From Spirochaetia bacterium (lineage in GTDB: Bacteria > Spirochaetota > Spirochaetia > CAKZLE01): a DNA stretch of 64,000 nt. This document shows positions 18,602 through 27,828 of the stretch, piece after piece. How positions within the stretch are numbered: position 1 is the first letter of the stretch; every line of letters starts with the position of its first letter. The position numbers and the translations under genes are program-made. The DNA lies in the NCBI GenBank assembly GCA_963677595.1, contig OY782041.1:3712001-3776000 (forward strand). The letters run 5' to 3'. Under the pieces are notes generated by a model. It saw only the letters and a program-made list of their open reading frames with translations. It was not told the DNA's origin and did no database searches.

Positions 18602-19287
18602 GATACGATGCCTCCAAATCTTCTCGTTCGTTCAGCATAGTCACCCAAGGCCGTATCGAGTTCAGCAGCGGTCCAATCCGGCCACAGGACAGGTGAGAAA
18701 TAGAGTTCAGCATAGGCAGCTTCCCAGATGAGGAAGTTGCTCAGGCGCCTCTCCCCGGCGGTACGTATGACCAGGTCCGGGTCGGGGATCTCGGGATGGT
18801 CAAGGGCCGATGCGATATCATCGGCAGTGATCCTCCCGTCCTTCAACGGCAGGGAGTTGACGGCTCTGACGAGCTCATCCCTGCCGCCGTAGTTGATCGC
18901 AAGATTGACCGTGGTGCCGCCGTGGCCGGAGGTATAGTCTTCAGTCTCCTTCAGGGCAGCTGCGACCTCTTCCGGGAGCTCTGTGGTATCACCGGAGAAG
19001 GTCACCCTGATATCATGCTCATCATAGAACTGGTACTCTTTCTTCAGGTACGAGGTGATGAGCCCCATCAGGTAGGAGACCTCCTGCAGGGGACGCTTCC
19101 AGTTCTCGGTGGAAAAGACATAGAGGGTCACGAAGGGAATACCAAGACCAGAGACATGGGAGATGATCCGCTTCGCTGTCTTGAGTCCCTCGAGGTGCCC
19201 GAAAGATCGTGGTCTGTTCCGTTGCTTGGCCCATCGTCCATTACCATCCATGATAATGGCTATATGGTTCGGCAGTCTTCCATCCAT
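18598..19287 (-). CDS. uppS: Undecaprenyl diphosphate synthase
   Basis: HIAIIMDGNGRWA, FSTENWKRP, RLSNFL. Confidence 0.97.
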   Translation of the reverse strand: MDGRLPNHIAIIMDGNGRWAKQRNRPRSFGHLEGLKTAKRIISHVSGLGIPFVTLYVFSTENWKRPLQEVSYLMGLITSYLKKEYQFYDEHDIRVTFSGDTTELPEEVAAALKETEDYTSGHGGTTVNLAINYGGRDELVRAVNSLPLKDGRITADDIASALDHPEIPDPDLVIRTAGERRLSNFLIWEAAYAELYFSPVLWPDWTAAELDTALGDYAERTRRFGGIVS

Positions 19288-19312
19288 TGTTCAACCTTAG
19301 TATGGAGACTGA

Positions 19313-19867
19313 TCAGACTTCCATAATCTCCTGTTCTTTTGTGTCAAGGATCTCGTTGATGTTCTTGACATACGCATCGGTGAGTTTCTGGACCTGTACA
19401 TCCCCGGTCTTCTGCTCATCCTCGCTGATCATCTTCTCTTTCTCGAGCAGCTTGATCTCATCTATGGCATCACGCCTGATATTCCTGACAGCCACCCGGT
19501 ACTGCTCTGCAGTGTTCTTGGCGACCTTGACGAGATCCTTCCTTCTCTCCTCGGTCAGCGGCGGGATGCTGATCCTGATGACCTTCCCGTCGTTGCTGGG
19601 GTTGAGGGAGAGTTCTGAGGACATGATCGCCTTCTCGATCTCGCTGATGAGGCTCTTGTCCCAGGGCTGGATCACGACCAGCCGGGCCTCGGGGACCGAT
19701 ACGTTCGCCACCTGCGACAATGGGGAAGGCTGTCCGTAGTAGTCGACACGGATCTTATCGAACAAGGCGGCTGAAGCCCTGCCGGTCCTCAGCGCATTGA
19801 ACTCACTCTCAAGGCTGGTGATGGTCTTCTTCATACGGTCTTCGGCATGTTTCAGCACGTCTTTCAT
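19313..19867 (-). CDS. frr: Ribosome recycling factor
   Basis: RTGRAS, PPLTEERRK; ATG at 19867 after GAGGAG. Confidence 0.97.
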   Translation of the reverse strand: MKDVLKHAEDRMKKTITSLESEFNALRTGRASAALFDKIRVDYYGQPSPLSQVANVSVPEARLVVIQPWDKSLISEIEKAIMSSELSLNPSNDGKVIRISIPPLTEERRKDLVKVAKNTAEQYRVAVRNIRRDAIDEIKLLEKEKMISEDEQKTGDVQVQKLTDAYVKNINEILDTKEQEIMEV

Positions 19868-19899
19868 ATGTTTCTCCTCAGGTAAAAATAGAATGCACC

Positions 19900-19944
19900 A
19901 AAAAAACAAGGCCATTCCATGAATCATATCATGGAAACGGCCTT
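19900..19944 (-). terminator. Rho-independent terminator after tsf
   Basis: AAGGCCG.TTCCATGA / TCATGGAATGGCCTT stem followed by G and T7 on the minus strand. Confidence 0.75.
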
Positions 19945-19963
19945 CATTTGAATAGTCTAGAGA

Positions 19964-20797
19964 TTATTCCCCAACTTTATTGTAGGAGTAGCTCACGATG
20001 GTACAGGTAGTACCGATCTCCTTGGAAAGGTTCTTCAATGCCTGCTCAACACTGATCTTGTCGTCCTTGACGAACTTCTGCTGCATGAAGCAGATCTCAG
20101 TGTAGTGCTTGTTGATCTTGCCCTTCACGATGTTCTCTACGACATTCGCGGGCTTACCGAGATTCTCGGTCTGCTTCACGAAGATCTCGGTCTGCTCCTT
20201 GAGGTAGTCAGCATCGACGTCTGCCTTGTCCGGGTACATGGGGTTGAACGCAGCGATGTGGAGTGCACAGTCGAATGCGAACGCCTTCGCTGCATCACCG
20301 AGCTTGGATGCATCCTCAGCTTCGAGGATGACGACGACACCGATCGCTCCTTCACCATGGACATATTCCACGGCAACCTGATTGTCCGCAAGGTCAGTCA
20401 CGGTGAACTTCTTGAGGCTCATATTCTCCTTGATGGTGGAGATGAGGTCCTTGACCATGTTCTCGAGTTCCTCGTTGATCTCAGTGTAGCCCTTATCGAG
20501 GATCACGTCGATCAGCTTATCGCCGAGTGCGACGAAGTCCTTGTTTCGTGCGACGAAGTCTGTCTCGCAGACCAGTTCGAGCACGACAGCCTTGGTATCA
20601 GTTATACGTGTGAAGATCCTACCGTTGTCGGTAGCCCTGTTGCTTCGCTTCGCAGCAGCGGCAAGACCGAGCTCCTTGAGGAACTTCTCTGCCTGCTTGA
20701 AATCCCCATCTGCCTCGATGAGCGCCTTCTTGCAGTCCATCATGCCTGCCCCGGTGATATCCCGGAGTTTCTTGACATCAGCAGCTTTTATACTCAT
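19964..20797 (-). CDS. tsf: Elongation factor Ts
   Basis: LRDITGAGMMDCKKAL, CETDFVA. Confidence 0.98.
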   Translation of the reverse strand: MSIKAADVKKLRDITGAGMMDCKKALIEADGDFKQAEKFLKELGLAAAAKRSNRATDNGRIFTRITDTKAVVLELVCETDFVARNKDFVALGDKLIDVILDKGYTEINEELENMVKDLISTIKENMSLKKFTVTDLADNQVAVEYVHGEGAIGVVVILEAEDASKLGDAAKAFAFDCALHIAAFNPMYPDKADVDADYLKEQTEIFVKQTENLGKPANVVENIVKGKINKHYTEICFMQQKFVKDDKISVEQALKNLSKEIGTTCTIVSYSYNKVGE

Positions 20798-20824
20798 TGT
20801 TTGCTCCTTAACCTATCGGTATGA

Positions 20825-21661
20825 TTATTCTTCGGTCTTCTCAGCTTTTGAACCTTCAGCAGGTTCATCATCCTCGAAGTCCTCTTCGACCTCGCCGTTA
20901 TCCACGGTCGGCCTGTCATCTTCCTGGGCATCATCGCCCTCGACAGCCTTACCGTCAGTCTGGATCATATCGAGGCCGAATGCGTTATTCCCTTCGATGA
21001 CACAGTTCGCGACGATCTCTGCGAAGAGCGAGATAGCCCTGATCGCATCGTCGTTACCGGGGATGGGGAAGTCGATATCTGTAGGGTCGCAGTTGGTGTC
21101 GACGACGGCGATCACGGGGATGCCGAGTCTCTTCGCCTCTGCGACAGCGATCTGCTCTTTCCTGGTGTCGATGATGAAGATGGCACCGGGAAGGTCCTTC
21201 ATATCCTTGATACCTGAGAGGTTCCTCTCGAGCTTTGCCTTCTCACGGTTCAGCTTCGCGACCTCACGCTTGGTAAGGCTCTCGAACGTACCGTCTATCT
21301 CCATCTTCTCGATCTTCTTGAGTCTGTGGATAGATTTCTTGATGGTCGAGAAGTTGGTAAGCATACCACCGAGCCATCGGTGGTTCACGTACGGCATGCT
21401 GCACCGTTTTGCCTCGTTCTCGATTGACTGCTGGGCCTGTTTCTTCGTTCCGATGAACAGGACCTGCTTCCCGTCTTTGATGATGTCTACGATAGCATCA
21501 TATGCTTCGTTGATACACGCTGCAGTCTTCTGCAGGTCGATGATATGGATCCCGTTCCTCTCTGAGAAGATGAACTTCTTCATCTTGGGGTTCCATCGTT
21601 TGGTCTGGTGACCGAAATGTACGCCTGACTCTAACAGGCTCTTCATGGATACAATCGCCAT
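20825..21661 (-). CDS. rpsB: 30S ribosomal protein S2
   Basis: [23 protein letters not shown]. Confidence 0.98.
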   Translation of the reverse strand: MAIVSMKSLLESGVHFGHQTKRWNPKMKKFIFSERNGIHIIDLQKTAACINEAYDAIVDIIKDGKQVLFIGTKKQAQQSIENEAKRCSMPYVNHRWLGGMLTNFSTIKKSIHRLKKIEKMEIDGTFESLTKREVAKLNREKAKLERNLSGIKDMKDLPGAIFIIDTRKEQIAVAEAKRLGIPVIAVVDTNCDPTDIDFPIPGNDDAIRAISLFAEIVANCVIEGNNAFGLDMIQTDGKAVEGDDAQEDDRPTVDNGEVEEDFEDDEPAEGSKAEKTEE

Positions 21662-21734
21662 GATTCCCTCCTACACACGATACGCCTTCTCTTGGGCGTA
21701 TCTACCTTCACTTTTTCTCACCAATGGTGGATAT

Positions 21735-22325
21735 TCAGATCGACTTGACAAGTCTGGAACTCTGTCCCCGTACTATGCCAAAAATCTTGATCAAAGGCAA
21801 CCCCACAACGGAATAAAAATCACCAGATAATGAACTTACCAGCGAGATCCCCCGGTGCTGTATCCGGTAGGCCCCCGCGGCACCGACCCATTCACCACTA
21901 TCGAGGTACTCCTCGATCTCCTCCTCACTCAGGTCATGGAACGTGATGTCGGCTCGGTCAGCCGCACTGAAGCGGAGATCGCGATCCGGGAAGTAGAGCA
22001 CAGCCCCGGAATGGACGCTGTGGGCCCGGCCTGAGAACTCACGCAGGATCGCTGCGGCCTCTTGCCGGCTCTCCTGCTTCCCGATGAACCTGCCCTGGAA
22101 ACCGATCAATGTGTCTACCGTGATCACCGGTGCGGCTGGGCAGGGGTGGAGCCGGAGGTAGGCATCCATCTTCTGCTGCGCGATCGATAATGCGGCGGTC
22201 TCCGGATCATCAGAGGTGAAGAGTTCCTCGGTATGCGTCGGCTCGACGAGCACATCGAACCCGGCCTCGGAAAGCAGAGCCTTGCGTGCCGGGGAGGCTG
22301 AGGAGAGGATGATCGTGCGGATCAT
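21735..22325 (-). CDS. maf: Maf family nucleotide pyrophosphatase
   Basis: ILSSASPARK, DT, AGAYRIQ, GDFYSVVGLP. Confidence 0.9.
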   Translation of the reverse strand: MIRTIILSSASPARKALLSEAGFDVLVEPTHTEELFTSDDPETAALSIAQQKMDAYLRLHPCPAAPVITVDTLIGFQGRFIGKQESRQEAAAILREFSGRAHSVHSGAVLYFPDRDLRFSAADRADITFHDLSEEEIEEYLDSGEWVGAAGAYRIQHRGISLVSSLSGDFYSVVGLPLIKIFGIVRGQSSRLVKSI

Positions 22326-24271
22326 GAGAGGGCTCCCGAGAGCTCCTCGATCTCGTTGGTCACCTCATCCCACTTCTCAGAGAGCTCGCCGATGAGTCCC
22401 TCGATCTCCCTGATGGCAGCCGTCGTCTGTGTCGCACGTTCCCCGTCTGAATAGACTTCCGGGAGTGAGAGCTGGTGGTGGAGCCCCGAGAGGGCGACCT
22501 CCTGCTCGTCGATGCGCTCGATGAGGCTCCCCTCCTCATCCTGCAGCCGTGCGAGACGGTTCTTCATCCGGTTTCGTTCCTGGCGTGAGAGCTCGACAGA
22601 CGGGGTCTCCTTCTCCTCGGCTGACCGCTGTCCCGGCTGCTCTGCCTCCTCGATGCGCTGCTTCTCGTTGAGCTTCCAGCTGAAGTACTCGTAGTCCCCC
22701 TCGAAGAGTTCGGCACCCTCCTCGGAGAGGTAGAGGATCTTGGTGGCAAGGTGCTTGATGAAGTCTATATCGTGGGAGACGAAGATGAGGGTCCCCTCAT
22801 ACTGCTCGAGGGCGCGCAGGAGCATATCCTTCGATGCGAGGTCGAGGTGGTTCGTCGGCTCGTCGAGCATCAGCACGTTGACCGGCTGCAGGAGGACCTT
22901 CAGCAGGGATACCCGGCTCTTCTCGCCGCCGCTCAGCACAGAGATCGGCTTGGTGATGTCGTCCCCTCCAAAGAGGAAGGCCCCGAGCAGGCTGCGCAGC
23001 TGCGGGATCCTCGCCGATGGGGAGGCGGCCTCCACCTCCTGGAAGACGGTCTTCCCGGGATCGAGTTCTCCTTCGGTATCCTGGGCGTAGTAGCCGACCT
23101 GGACACCGGAACCGGTCTGGAAGCTGCCCTGGTAGTCGTGATCCCGGGCTGAGAGTATATTGAGCAGGGTCGTCTTCCCCATCCCGTTCTTACCTGATAC
23201 CGCGATCCTGTCCCCCCTGCTGATGTGCAGGCCGAGGTTCGTGATCACCTGGTGATCCCCGTAGGACTTGCTCAGCCCCTCGAGGTGGTAGATGATGTTG
23301 CCGCTGTGCGGCGGGGAGGGGAAATTGAACCGAAGGCTCTTAGTGGAGAAGGGGAGCTCGATCCGCTCGATCTTCTCGAGCTGCTTCACCCGGCTCTGCA
23401 CCTGTCGTGCCTTCGAGGCCTTGTAGCGGAACCGCTCGATGAACGACTCGATATGGCTGATCTCGAGCTGCTGCTGTTCGTAGGCCTTCTGGAGCTGCTC
23501 GAGCTCCTGCTCCTTCTTCGCCTCGTATGCCGTATAGGAACCATGGTAGCGGCTCAGGCTCCCCGAGGCGATCTCAAGGACCTCCCCGATGGTCTCATCG
23601 AGGAAATAGCGGTCGTGGGATACGAGGAGGAAACCCCCATGGTACTGTTTGAGGTAGTGGTTGAGCCAGATCCGCGCTTCTACATCGAGATAGTTGGTCG
23701 GCTCGTCAAGAAGCAGGATATCGGGCTGCTCGAGCAGGATCTTGCCGAGCGCGATCCTCATCTGCCAGCCGCCTGAGAACTCAAGGCATTGGCGGTGGAT
23801 ATCTTCAGCACTGAAGCCGAGGCCTGAAGCCACCTGGAGGATCTTCGCCTCCCGCTGGTAGTAGCTGCTGTAGAGAAGGTGTTCCTCGATGGAGTTGAGC
23901 TCCTCGAGCAGGCTCGCTGTCTCCGGGGAGTCTTGCGTGACCTCGGAGAGCTGGTGTTCGATCTCCTGCTTACGCCCGAGGTAGGCGAGGTAGGAGTCGA
24001 ATGCCGACTCGAGTTCCTCGTAGAGACTCCGCTCCCTGAGGACGATCCCGCTCTGGGGCAGGTAGGAGACCGTCATGCCACGGGTCATGGAGATCGATCC
24101 GGTATCGGGTTCGATCGAACCCGTGATGATCTTGAGCAGCGTCGACTTGCCGGAACCGTTGATCCCGGCAAGGGCCGCGCTGGTATTGGTATCGAGAGTT
24201 ATTGAAATATCCTTGAGGATATCCCGGTCACCGAAGGCCAGGGATATCTGCTGCAGTTGTAATGTTCCCAT
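22322..24271 (-). CDS. ABC-F family ATPase (ribosome-associated type) with C-terminal coiled coil
   Basis: Two ABC domains (GINGSGKS/FSGGW/LLDEPTN; GKNGMGKT/LSGGE/LDEPTN), no TM segments. Confidence 0.92.
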   Translation of the reverse strand: MGTLQLQQISLAFGDRDILKDISITLDTNTSAALAGINGSGKSTLLKIITGSIEPDTGSISMTRGMTVSYLPQSGIVLRERSLYEELESAFDSYLAYLGRKQEIEHQLSEVTQDSPETASLLEELNSIEEHLLYSSYYQREAKILQVASGLGFSAEDIHRQCLEFSGGWQMRIALGKILLEQPDILLLDEPTNYLDVEARIWLNHYLKQYHGGFLLVSHDRYFLDETIGEVLEIASGSLSRYHGSYTAYEAKKEQELEQLQKAYEQQQLEISHIESFIERFRYKASKARQVQSRVKQLEKIERIELPFSTKSLRFNFPSPPHSGNIIYHLEGLSKSYGDHQVITNLGLHISRGDRIAVSGKNGMGKTTLLNILSARDHDYQGSFQTGSGVQVGYYAQDTEGELDPGKTVFQEVEAASPSARIPQLRSLLGAFLFGGDDITKPISVLSGGEKSRVSLLKVLLQPVNVLMLDEPTNHLDLASKDMLLRALEQYEGTLIFVSHDIDFIKHLATKILYLSEEGAELFEGDYEYFSWKLNEKQRIEEAEQPGQRSAEEKETPSVELSRQERNRMKNRLARLQDEEGSLIERIDEQEVALSGLHHQLSLPEVYSDGERATQTTAAIREIEGLIGELSEKWDEVTNEIEELSGALS

Positions 24272-24368
24272 CTGGATCAGGCGCACCTTATTGTAAAAAT
24301 CACTAGTCTATACTATAAACCAAAACGATGGTATCATGACTTAATTGATCTGTTCAAGGAGAATACCC

Positions 24369-25805
24369 ATGCTGTGTCTATCACTGACCGGAAACGACTG
24401 CCGGACATGCCTTACCCAATTCCAGAACCACCGTGAATCAGTAGAACTGCTCGAGCTGCGCATCGACTGCCATGAGGAGATCATGATCGAGGATATCTCG
24501 TGGTTCCTCGAATCAGTCACGCTGCCGGTCATCCTCACCTGCCGGAGGACGAAGGACGGCGGGAAGTACGCAGGGAGCGAGAAAGCCCGGTTGAAGCTCC
24601 TCGAGGAACTCATGGACCTCGACTTCCGCTATGTCGAACTGGAGGAGGATGTGAGACGTCCTGACCTCGAGCAGAAGGCAGCAGACCGTTCGATCAGGGT
24701 CATCAGGTCCTCATACGACCTCGTTGGGATCCCCGATGATCTCTACCTCAGGCTGGTGAAGCTTAGAAGGCGGGGTGATATCGCCAAGGTCGCCGTTACG
24801 GCGAACTCCCTCGATGACCTCATGAAGCTCTTCAGGGTCGAGGAGGAACTCCACGATATCCCGGAGAAGGTGGTGATCGCCCTTGGGGAGTACGGCATCC
24901 CCGCACGGATCCTCTACAGGAGGACCGGCTCCCTCTATACCTGCTGCCTGCCCCATGGGGCGGATGAGGCTGCAGGCCACCTCTCGCCTGAGATCCTGCG
25001 TGATCTCTACCATGCCGACCGGGTCAACGGGAATACCCGGATCTTCGGCATCATCGGGAACCCGGTCATGCATACCTCATCACCCAAGATCCATAACCCG
25101 GCCTTCGATCAGCTCGGCATCAATGCGGTCTATGTACCCTTCCTCGTCGATGACATCAGGGCCTTCTTCCAGCTTGCCGACATCCTCGATATCAAGGGGT
25201 TCTCGGTCACCGTGCCCTTCAAGCAGCAGGTGCTTCCCTACCTGGGGAAGATCTCACGGGAGGTGAAGCTGATCGGCAGCTGCAACACGGTCTATAAGAA
25301 GAACGACCTGTGGCAGGGTGTGAATACCGACTTCTACGGCTTTCTCAGTCCCCTGCAGGAAGAGCTCGAGGCACAGCGCATCCGGAAGGCACTGGTCATC
25401 GGTGCCGGCGGAGCCGCACGTTCGGTCGTCTGGGCGCTGAGAAACTACTACTGCAAGGTGTGCATCGTCAACAGGACTCCCGAGAAGGCCGAGAAGCTCG
25501 CAGGAGAGACCGGGTCCAGCTGGAAGCCGGTCTCACAGCTCGACACGATCACCGATGTGGACCTGGTGGTGCAGACGACTAGCGGGGGTATGACCCCCTA
25601 TGAGGAGGTCGATCCTTCTCTCGGGTATGCCTTCACCGGCAGGGAGATCGCCTATGACCTGGTCTATAAGCCGAAGCACACGAGATTCCTCAAGCGTGCA
25701 GGGGCAGCAGGCTGCCGCCAGGTCTTCGGGATGGAGATGCTGCTGGCCCAGGGAGTGCTTCAGTTCGAGTCGTTCACCGGTTTCACGTATCCACAGAAGG
25801 ACTGA
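24369..25805 (+). CDS. aroDE: Bifunctional type I 3-dehydroquinate dehydratase / shikimate dehydrogenase
   Basis: ELRID, ILTCRR..DGG, DIAKVA; then GNPVMHTSSPKIHN, SVTVPFK, NTD, GAGGAAR; AAGGAG SD. Confidence 0.88.
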   Translation: MLCLSLTGNDCRTCLTQFQNHRESVELLELRIDCHEEIMIEDISWFLESVTLPVILTCRRTKDGGKYAGSEKARLKLLEELMDLDFRYVELEEDVRRPDLEQKAADRSIRVIRSSYDLVGIPDDLYLRLVKLRRRGDIAKVAVTANSLDDLMKLFRVEEELHDIPEKVVIALGEYGIPARILYRRTGSLYTCCLPHGADEAAGHLSPEILRDLYHADRVNGNTRIFGIIGNPVMHTSSPKIHNPAFDQLGINAVYVPFLVDDIRAFFQLADILDIKGFSVTVPFKQQVLPYLGKISREVKLIGSCNTVYKKNDLWQGVNTDFYGFLSPLQEELEAQRIRKALVIGAGGAARSVVWALRNYYCKVCIVNRTPEKAEKLAGETGSSWKPVSQLDTITDVDLVVQTTSGGMTPYEEVDPSLGYAFTGREIAYDLVYKPKHTRFLKRAGAAGCRQVFGMEMLLAQGVLQFESFTGFTYPQKD

Positions 25806-27825
25806 TGGGTGAGTAGAGCGAACTCTTGAGTTTCCTCAGCAGGAAGATCTTCCTCAATGATTTCTCGAAGTGATGGTTCTCAGGCACCTCGAGGCCGATG
25901 AGGATGACCTCATTGCCCTGCTTCTTCAGTTCAGTCGGCTGGATGAGGAGGATATCCTCCTTCTCCGTGAAGGACTTCACATGGATCTCAAGGAGGTCCT
26001 TGCCTGAGTCCATCGCCTGCCTGCAGAGGTTGACCTTGCCCTGGAAATCGAACCCGTGAGCCTCCTGGACCGTCGGGTGCAGATAGGTCGATACGAGCTG
26101 TTCCGGTATGAGGATGAGTCCCTTCTCGATCCTGGCTGTGAGGTCCTCGAACGCCTTACGCGGGATCTTCTTCTGTGCCAGGGCCTCCTGGAGTTCTGCC
26201 TTGAACGCCTCGTCATGCTCGATATGCCTGATATCCTCGGTGATGGCTGCCTCGCTGAAACGGTCCCTGGTGATCGTGTCAGGGAGCCGGTACCCTATGG
26301 CATGGCGGATCGACTCTCCCCCGTTCTCCGGGTCGGCGAACTTCGTCTTCGGCAGGACCTCTACCCCGGACTGATTGAGGATCTCCCTCCAGACCGTCTC
26401 GGTCTCGCTTCGTAACAGGAACACGCCTTCGCAGAACTTCCGGATGATATGGTCCTGGAGGGAAGGGTGCTTCTCGATGATCCTCGACCGCTGGGCATCG
26501 GCCGCGATCACGATGCCTGAATAGATCTGGATCGACTCGTACTCGGCGCTCCAGTGCCTGATGGTCTGGATGATGTTGCCGGGGACCGGGTTCGAGGAGA
26601 CCTCCTCGAGCAGGCTCGTGATCTCATCGGCAGTGAAACCTGCGTCAAAGGCCTGTACGATGCTGTTCTTGGTGATCTCGAAGAGGAAGCTGGTATCGGT
26701 CTTCCTGATCCTCGTACACAGGTAGAGGAACCGTGAGCTGTGGAGCGAGAAGTCGCGACCGCAGGTGATGGTATAGTCGGAATCGATGATGCAGGAGGTG
26801 TTCGGGCTGGAACCCCCGCTGAGCAGTGCCGAGAGGTCCGGGTGGAGCCGGTAGAACCCGTCTGCATAGGTAAGGATCCCGAGCGTCTTGAGGATGAGGA
26901 TCGGCTCATGCATCTCATGCATGGGCAGCCCGTGGTGGGAAGCCTGTATCATCCATAATCGCTGGAGCGACTTCGCACGCAGGGAACCGACCTGCTCGAG
27001 GATGGTAAGCAGCTCATAGAGGAAGCTGTAGACCTGGTGGTCGTCTAGGTCAGAGTAGACCGGAGCATAGCAGCCGACGAGGAACCTGAAGACGAACTCC
27101 GGCCAGCTGCTGCTCTCGAGGTGCTCCTTCACGGCAGCTGCGCTGCAGTTGATGCTGCCGTTGGATGATGAGAGGATCCCCATCGAGGTGAATGAGCGTA
27201 TGAACAGGTGAGTGAGGCTGCCGATGAGTTCTGCTGACATATGGGGGAAGACATCCTCGAGCACCCTGCCGGTCGAACGCTTGAGTGTACCGTCCTGGGT
27301 GATCCTGATGTAGTTCCCGTAGAAGAGCGAGAAGTAGGAGATGAACAGCGGCTGGTCCATGATCGTCACCTGCCCGTCGCTCTCAGCTTGTTCACTACCG
27401 GCATCGGAGATGGACATGATATGGGAGATGTGGACCTGGCTCCCGATGAGGTCATCGAGGAAGAGCGGGTTGATCATGAGGGACCGGTCCCTGCGCTGCA
27501 GGAGGAGCAGCCGCTCCTCGAGGTTGATGATCTGCTGCTGGACGATATAGAACTGGATCTTCCGGTCGAAGAACCGGTAGATATCATCCACGGAAGGCCT
27601 GTCGAGGAAGTAGACGGCATTGAGCAGGGCTCGTTCCTGCCGGTTGATGAGTGATAGGATCCGCTTCCTGACGCGTTCCCCGGTGATGAAACGGGTAAGC
27701 TGGCTGATCAGGTCCGGCTTGTTGAAGGGGGTCCTGATCGGTCCGAGGTAATTGCGCATGATCTCGAGAAACGATTCATCATCGAGAGAGTAGAGTGCTT
27801 CATTCCAAGTCGTCTGATCTGCCAT
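25783..27825 (-). CDS. XPB-associated protein (Helicase_C_3/p52-like domain, WYL-like C-terminus)
   Basis: IIDSDYTI..FEITKNSIVQAFDAGFTADEI..L..S.PVPGNI..IRHW mirrors the N-domain of the adjacent XPB. Confidence 0.75.
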   Translation of the reverse strand: MADQTTWNEALYSLDDESFLEIMRNYLGPIRTPFNKPDLISQLTRFITGERVRKRILSLINRQERALLNAVYFLDRPSVDDIYRFFDRKIQFYIVQQQIINLEERLLLLQRRDRSLMINPLFLDDLIGSQVHISHIMSISDAGSEQAESDGQVTIMDQPLFISYFSLFYGNYIRITQDGTLKRSTGRVLEDVFPHMSAELIGSLTHLFIRSFTSMGILSSSNGSINCSAAAVKEHLESSSWPEFVFRFLVGCYAPVYSDLDDHQVYSFLYELLTILEQVGSLRAKSLQRLWMIQASHHGLPMHEMHEPILILKTLGILTYADGFYRLHPDLSALLSGGSSPNTSCIIDSDYTITCGRDFSLHSSRFLYLCTRIRKTDTSFLFEITKNSIVQAFDAGFTADEITSLLEEVSSNPVPGNIIQTIRHWSAEYESIQIYSGIVIAADAQRSRIIEKHPSLQDHIIRKFCEGVFLLRSETETVWREILNQSGVEVLPKTKFADPENGGESIRHAIGYRLPDTITRDRFSEAAITEDIRHIEHDEAFKAELQEALAQKKIPRKAFEDLTARIEKGLILIPEQLVSTYLHPTVQEAHGFDFQGKVNLCRQAMDSGKDLLEIHVKSFTEKEDILLIQPTELKKQGNEVILIGLEVPENHHFEKSLRKIFLLRKLKSSLYSPISPSVDT

Positions 27826-27828
27826 AGT

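Noticed and set aside
19868-19963. pyrH absent between tsf and frr; gdpP absent between DUF2232 and rplI
   Set aside because: Gene-order variants I recall as typical of spirochaetes; the genes may lie elsewhere
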